The notes beneath the pieces are model-generated. The model was given only the letters and a program-made list of their open reading frames with translations. It searched no databases and had not been told where the DNA came from. 47,919 bases of DNA from an uncultured Eubacteriales bacterium (lineage in GTDB: Bacteria; Bacillota; Clostridia; Christensenellales; Aristaeellaceae), in NCBI GenBank assembly GCA_900321295.1, contig ONVN01000157.1, positions 1 to 47,919 of the forward strand, in the 5' to 3' direction. The first letter of the stretch is position 1, and every line of letters begins with the position of its first letter. The translations under genes were made by a program, and so were the position numbers. Shown here one piece after another: positions 43,416-47,919 of this stretch.

Positions 43416-43448
43416 CTCCCGCACATCCGGCGTGATGTGCGGGAGTTT
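43416..43448 (+). terminator. rho-independent terminator
   Basis: Perfect 12-bp stem ctcccgcacatc (43416-43427) / gatgtgcgggag (43434-43445), then ttt..cttttc. Confidence 0.75.
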
Positions 43449-43466
43449 CCGCGTCTTTTCAGACCG

Positions 43467-43495
43467 TTTACAAGGGTGGGAAGAGCAGGTAGAAT
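43467..43495 (+). promoter_or_regulatory. candidate promoter TTTACA-17-TAGAAT
   Basis: TTTACA at 43467-43472 and TAGAAT at 43490-43495, 64 nt upstream of ATG 43559. Confidence 0.5.
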
Positions 43496-43558
43496 ATAGA
43501 AAAAGCAGCCGAAAGAAGAACCGGCACCGTCTCCGGAAAAGGAAGGGAAGGGCAAACC

Positions 43559-44470
43559 ATGTATTTAGAGACAGAAAGAATGATCCTCCGTCCATGGAAG
43601 GAATCCGATGCGGAAGAACTGTACCGCTGTGCAAGCTGCCCGGATGTCGGTCCGATTGCCGGATGGCCGCCGCACCGGTCCGTGGAGGAAAGCCTGGAGG
43701 TGATCCGCCATGTTTTCAACGTGGAAGAATGCTATGCAGTCTGCCTGAAACCGGAGGATAAGCCGGTGGGAGCGGTGCAGCTGAAGCTCAAAGGCCACAC
43801 GGATATGACCGAAAGGGACGATGAGTGTGAGCTTGGATACTGGCTCGGAAAACCTTTCTGGGGCAGGGGACTTATGCCGGAGGCGGGAGGCGAAGTGATC
43901 CGGCATGGGTTTGACGATCTTGGTATGACGAGAATCTGGTGCGGATATTATGAGGGGAACCAGAAATCAAAGCGGGTACAGGAAAAGCTTGGGTTTCGTT
44001 ACCAGTGGACGACAAAGGAACTGGATGTCCCTCTGATGCATGAAAAACGGACCGGGCATGTGAACAGCATGACCAGGGCAGAATGGATCTGGAACTGCCT
44101 TTACCGGGCCGCGAAGAGCGTTCAGAGGCCGCGGACGGTTTCTGCGTATGTGGAGGCCGGCGGGGTGGCGGCTGCCATCCGCTCAGCTTCCGGACGTATT
44201 TATACAGGCGTCTGTGTGGATACCTGTTCGACCCTCGGGATCTGTGCGGAACGCAATGCGATTTTCAGCATGCTGACTGCAGGCGAACAGGAGATTGCGC
44301 AGGTTCTGGCAATCATGTCGGACGGGCATTGCGGTCCGCCCTGCGGTGCGTGCCGGGAACTCATGGTACAGCTGATGCCGGAAACCTACAGGAACATTCA
44401 GATCATGATGAATAGGGAAACCGGGGAGACGGTTTCCCTGGGCGAACTGACACCGAGATGGTGGATCTAA
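43559..44470 (+). CDS. fusion protein: GNAT (RimJ/RimL-type) N-acetyltransferase + cytidine/blasticidin-S deaminase-like (CDA fold) domain
   Basis: N-terminal ~175 aa: ETERMILRPW..., GYWLGKPFWGRGLMPEA and KSKRVQEKLGF (Acetyltransf_3-like). C-terminal ~125 aa: Zn/catalytic motifs CAERNA and PCGACRE, with VAAAIRSASGRIYTG. Confidence 0.85.
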   Translation: MYLETERMILRPWKESDAEELYRCASCPDVGPIAGWPPHRSVEESLEVIRHVFNVEECYAVCLKPEDKPVGAVQLKLKGHTDMTERDDECELGYWLGKPFWGRGLMPEAGGEVIRHGFDDLGMTRIWCGYYEGNQKSKRVQEKLGFRYQWTTKELDVPLMHEKRTGHVNSMTRAEWIWNCLYRAAKSVQRPRTVSAYVEAGGVAAAIRSASGRIYTGVCVDTCSTLGICAERNAIFSMLTAGEQEIAQVLAIMSDGHCGPPCGACRELMVQLMPETYRNIQIMMNRETGETVSLGELTPRWWI

Positions 44471-44577
44471 TGCGTCCGGAGAAAACAGAAGTATTTTCAT
44501 GCAGACAATCCGACCAAAAAAACGGCCCCGCGGCACACGCCGCAAGAGCCTGCAGCTGCTCTCTCAAATGAATATGG

Positions 44578-44617
44578 AATCGGCGTGACCGCAGCGGCCG
44601 CGCCGATTTTGTTTTTT
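44578..44617 (+). terminator. rho-independent terminator
   Basis: aatcggcg (44578-44585) pairs with cgccgatt (44601-44608), followed by ttgtttttt. Confidence 0.7.
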
Positions 44618-44647
44618 GGATTCAGTTCGGGCAGAAACCGAGGCTCG

Positions 44648-45442
44648 TTATTGATAGATCGTCATGATTGTCCCTTCGTTCCAAAGCTGCTCCATGATCT
44701 CTGTAAGATGAGCGTAATCCGGATATTTCCTGAAAAACGTGAACATCTCCTCAGCCTGATGGTCGATCTCTGTGCGCTTCTCCGCGTCCGCCTCTTCGCG
44801 CCGCATCCACAAGGCGCAGATCAGCTTGTCGATGCACAGATCCTCAAGCTTCCCGATATTTTCGAGGCGTTCCTCTCCCCGCTTGATAGCCGCGGCAATT
44901 TCGTAATACAAAAAATGCAGGCCGGGGATTTTCCCCAGATAGAATTCGGCCATGGCCTGTTCTCCCATGCCGTGGTATGTCTCCGCCAGGATGCGCAGGA
45001 CGTCGATCTTCAGTTCGTCATCGCTCGAACAGGACAGAATGCGTTCGCCGACCTCAATGATCTCGGCGCTGCGGGACTTATCGGCATTCTGCTCCTGCAT
45101 ATCCTCCAAAATGCATGTCAGCAGCAGGTCGTTGTTGGGATATTTCTCCAACGCCTTACGTAAAAAGGCTTCGGAGGCCGCGGGGTCTTTTCCGCCTCTC
45201 CCGCTCTCAGCAATCAGAGCCTCCACGGCTGCGTCGACCTGACTTTGATCAAAATCCAGCAGATTGTCCAGCGAAGTGCCGAAAAAGATCGCCAGTTTGG
45301 GGAGAAAGTCGATATCCGGGCTGGACACGCCCGTTTCCCATTTGCTGACCGCCTGGGAAGAAATATGCAGATACTCTGCCAGTTCCTCTTGCGTCACGCG
45401 CTTCTCTTTTCGCAGCAGTCTGATTTTCGTTCCGATGTTCAT
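44648..45442 (-). CDS. XRE-family HTH regulator with C-terminal TPR-like helical domain
   Basis: IRLLRKEKRVTQEELAEYLHISSQAVSKWETGVSSPDI is an HTH_3 motif, followed by about 190 aa of helical repeats. AAGGAGG lies 6 nt before ATG 45442. Confidence 0.85.
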   Translation of the reverse strand: MNIGTKIRLLRKEKRVTQEELAEYLHISSQAVSKWETGVSSPDIDFLPKLAIFFGTSLDNLLDFDQSQVDAAVEALIAESGRGGKDPAASEAFLRKALEKYPNNDLLLTCILEDMQEQNADKSRSAEIIEVGERILSCSSDDELKIDVLRILAETYHGMGEQAMAEFYLGKIPGLHFLYYEIAAAIKRGEERLENIGKLEDLCIDKLICALWMRREEADAEKRTEIDHQAEEMFTFFRKYPDYAHLTEIMEQLWNEGTIMTIYQ

Positions 45443-45560
45443 AGGAATCCTCCTTGTTTTTTCTCACAACCGGTGCATCTGTAGGATACAGGCCCGGGCT
45501 CAAGAAGTCCATATGAAACCATTCGGAAAAAAATCAACCGCTAGTTGTTACGTATCTGAT

Positions 45561-45601
45561 AAAAAGGCGAGGGAGGCGCTTCGTAAAGAAGCACCTCCCT
45601 C
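45561..45601 (-). terminator. rho-independent terminator after the MATE gene
   Basis: On the minus strand, gagggaggtgcttc - tttac - gaagcgcctccctc, then gccttttt. It lies 9 nt after the MATE stop. Confidence 0.85.
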
Positions 45602-45609
45602 AGTCCGTC

Positions 45610-46983
45610 TCAGTGTTTGTTTGCAGAACCTGCATTTTTCCATTTTCCGGAAAGAAGATAGGCCATGCCAATCATGATGGGGACACAGCCCGCCAGGGCG
45701 TCACCCATCCAGAATCCCTGGCAGTGCATGCCGAGGATAAAACCGAACAGCCAGGCAAACCCAATCCGGCTGCAGATGCCGTCAATGATGGCAACCGCAA
45801 GATTCAGCCTGGAATTGCCGGATCCGTTGATGATGGAAAAGGCAACGCTGCGGGTGGCAGATCCCACAAAGTTGACCAGTGTCGGCAGGACCAGGATCGA
45901 CGAGACGGCGAGCACCTCGGCATCGCTGGTAAACATGCTGAAGATGGACGGGTAGAAGAAAACGATGGCAATACCTGCTGCCACGGAAATGATGGAGGTG
46001 AAGAACAGGATCCAGCGCAGAATGCGGGGAACGCGCTCGGTTTTTCCTGCACCGAGATTCTGAGCCACCATGCTGCTGCCGGCTGCAGTGAAGGAGTTGG
46101 AGACAATGCCAATGATGAGTCCGACCTTGTTATAGATGCCGGCCAGTGCGGAATAGATGACCCCGTAAAGGTTAATCCAGCTCATGAGGACAATCTTGGA
46201 GAAACTGACAGCGGCCGACTGGATGGCCATGGGAACGCCCAGTGCCACCAGGCGGCGGAGTGCAGGCATGTCAATGCGGAAGCTGGACGGCGCAAAGTCA
46301 AAGTGGAAAGCGTCCCTGTGGCGATAGAGATAGACGATGGAGAACAGGAAACTGACACCCTGGCCGATAACCGTGGCAAGTGCAGCCCCGAACACGGCCA
46401 TATTCATATAAACCACAAACACGATATCCAGGATGATGTTCAGGATGGCAGCGATGGCAACAAAGTAGAAAGGACGCTTGCTGTCGCCCATCCCGCGGAG
46501 GATTGCGCTGACAATGTTGTAGCCATAGATGAAGATCAGACCGACCATGCAGGTAACCGCATAGTCCATGGTGTAGGCATAGGATTCCGCAGGGGTGTTC
46601 AGCCAGTGGAGAATCTGTGTCCGCAGCACGAGACAGACCGCGGAAATCAGCAGGGCAATGCCCAGAAGAAAAGTGAACATGGTTCCGATGGTCTTTCGGA
46701 CATGGTCCATATCCCGTGCACCGACGTTCTGGGCGATGATCACCTGGCCGGCCGAGGAAAAACCCATGGCGACAAAAGTGATCAGGTGCAGCAGGTCACC
46801 GCCGATGGATACCGCACTCATGCCGGCTCCGCCGATATACTGTCCGACGACAATCATGTCGACGAGATTGTAGACAGCCTGAAGTGAATTGGAGATCAGG
46901 AGAGGCATGGCAAAGGAAAGAAGAAGGCGTGGGACAGATCCCTGGGTGAGATCCTTCTGGAAGGTTTTGCTGGATTGGCTCAT
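45610..46983 (-). CDS. MATE family efflux transporter
   Basis: LLSFAMPLLISNSLQAVYNLVDMIVVGQYIG with 12 TM-like segments. Start set at ATG 46983 (codon 41 of the ORF) after CAGGAG. Confidence 0.93.
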   Translation of the reverse strand: MSQSSKTFQKDLTQGSVPRLLLSFAMPLLISNSLQAVYNLVDMIVVGQYIGGAGMSAVSIGGDLLHLITFVAMGFSSAGQVIIAQNVGARDMDHVRKTIGTMFTFLLGIALLISAVCLVLRTQILHWLNTPAESYAYTMDYAVTCMVGLIFIYGYNIVSAILRGMGDSKRPFYFVAIAAILNIILDIVFVVYMNMAVFGAALATVIGQGVSFLFSIVYLYRHRDAFHFDFAPSSFRIDMPALRRLVALGVPMAIQSAAVSFSKIVLMSWINLYGVIYSALAGIYNKVGLIIGIVSNSFTAAGSSMVAQNLGAGKTERVPRILRWILFFTSIISVAAGIAIVFFYPSIFSMFTSDAEVLAVSSILVLPTLVNFVGSATRSVAFSIINGSGNSRLNLAVAIIDGICSRIGFAWLFGFILGMHCQGFWMGDALAGCVPIMIGMAYLLSGKWKNAGSANKH

Positions 46984-47194
46984 AAAGACTCCTGTTCTGT
47001 GTTCAAGTGAAGAGCGATCAGTCGGGTCAGACTGAGTATAGCATAGATTGCAGCAAATCTGAATCCGGGAGAAAACAGCCCCCCGGCTGCTGCCATGATC
47101 CATGCATAGAAATGCCAGCCTTCCAGGGACGGCGGGGGATGATCCCGGGGTTCGCTGCGCATGGCGTCCGGACAGATGGAGTCCTGTATGCCTT

Positions 47195-47919
47195 TCAGGT
47201 CATTTCGCTTCTTCCGTCGCCGAAGAGACGGATTTCGCCCCTTCCATCTGCCCGCTTTACGCGCATCTCGAAAAAGTGCGCCGTGGTCTCAATCACCGGG
47301 CGTATTTTGACCCCGGCGGCTTCGCAGAGTGCATCCACGTCCGTGCTGTAGCGTCCATGCTCGCGGTAATACACGCGCTGTTCTTCAAACAATCTGTACA
47401 GATCAAAGCGCAGCCGCTCGTCTTCCGGGATCGGGTATTCCTCGCCGTTTTCCGTAAAGAAGAGAAAGCCCCAATACTGTGGCCGGTGTATGTCAATCAC
47501 GCCGGTGGGTGCCCATACCCAGTTATCCTCAGGCAGGGGATTGCCGTCGGGTCCGAGGACCTTTCTGTATTCCCCGTCCCTGACATCGCAGGTCCACTGT
47601 ACCCTTGAAAAATTCAGCCGCCAGTAGTCCCCGGGCTTTGGAATGCGGTCTGAAGCCTCTTTCAGGGAACGCATGGGCATTTTGATCTCCACACTCCATT
47701 TTCGGTTGTCCGCGTACGGATCGTTCAGCTTTCCATCGATGAAAACGGCTGTCTCAAGGCCCTTGATGTCAAAGGAATCGATGGGCTTGCCTCCGTCCCG
47801 GTATGCCTTGGTCAAAAGCAGATCCCACACCGTATTCATCGCGTTCATCTCAAACTCGATGTATCTCTGCGTGTCCGAATCCGGGTCGATGAACACTTCA
47901 AAATCGTTGTCGCGGAAGA
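47195..47919 (-). CDS. carbohydrate-binding family 9 (CBM9/DOMON-like) domain protein, 5' end outside window
   Basis: FEVFIDPDSDTQRYIEFEMNAMNTVWDLL and YWRLNFSRV are typical of CBM9-like proteins. The reading frame stays open to the window edge, upstream of the GTG listed in the ORF track. Confidence 0.65.
   Translation of the reverse strand, partial: FRDNDFEVFIDPDSDTQRYIEFEMNAMNTVWDLLLTKAYRDGGKPIDSFDIKGLETAVFIDGKLNDPYADNRKWSVEIKMPMRSLKEASDRIPKPGDYWRLNFSRVQWTCDVRDGEYRKVLGPDGNPLPEDNWVWAPTGVIDIHRPQYWGFLFFTENGEEYPIPEDERLRFDLYRLFEEQRVYYREHGRYSTDVDALCEAAGVKIRPVIETTAHFFEMRVKRADGRGEIRLFGDGRSEMT

Noticed and set aside
42363-45609. Accessory-looking block, considered as a mobile element or genomic island
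   Set aside because: I found no integrase, transposase, recombinase, flanking direct repeats or tRNA target. Only a local AT-rich patch and resistance-like gene content support the idea, so it is reported as a question rather than a mobile_element feature.
45513-45677. 54-codon + strand ORF (MKPFGKKSTASCYVSD...) as a possible signalling-peptide gene for the XRE-TPR regulator
   Set aside because: It has no convincing SD and no signal-peptide-like or hydrophobic character. It also runs through the MATE terminator and into the MATE coding region in antisense.

Overview
GC-rich chromosomal segment from a Gram-positive-type bacterium. The evidence is strong GGAGG-type Shine-Dalgarno sites, a T-box leader and hairpin plus T-tract terminators. 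A Clostridia-like Firmicute is my inference, not a computed result. I call about 41 protein-coding genes and see no rRNA, tRNA, CRISPR array, transposase or integrase. Left third (2.8-17.3 kb): a cell-envelope glycan locus. It holds rfbC-rfbA and a Wzm/Wzt-type ABC exporter whose permease carries an unusual ~220-aa N-terminal TM-ectodomain-TM extension. A separately promoted operon follows: GT2, an unclassified GT, a WbdD-like methyltransferase/kinase-like/coiled-coil protein, an MBOAT and an AlgX/DHHW-type acyltransferase. Then comes a 1130-aa secreted protein with 11 tandem Big_2 domains. Middle: an APC permease, a PLC-like protein, a membrane-anchored coiled-coil protein, AKR plus a NudC-like Nudix, an M28 peptidase and a lone GtrB-like GT2. 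It also holds a divergent catabolic-looking cluster: M20 amidohydrolase + C39-like peptidase facing BadF-type kinase + SIS + ceramidase-like hydrolase. Right third: a T-box leader with an apparent Trp (UGG) specifier controls a GldA-like Fe-ADH gene plus a COG2984/COG4120/COG1101 ABC importer. Next are HAD + ribokinase, DUF1538 + a fused double P-II protein, and a lipase-like hydrolase. Then comes a small accessory-looking block: AT-rich spacer, internally duplicated XRE-HTH protein, GNAT-cytidine/blasticidin-deaminase fusion, XRE-TPR regulator and MATE pump. A 5'-truncated CBM9-like gene lies at the right edge. The best candidates for something undescribed are three. First, the WbdD-like terminator/ruler candidate combined with a CBM-less Wzt and an extended Wzm. 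Second, the Trp T-box operon led by a dehydrogenase. Third, the GNAT-deaminase fusion. All functional calls rest on motif recognition by eye; no database search was run.
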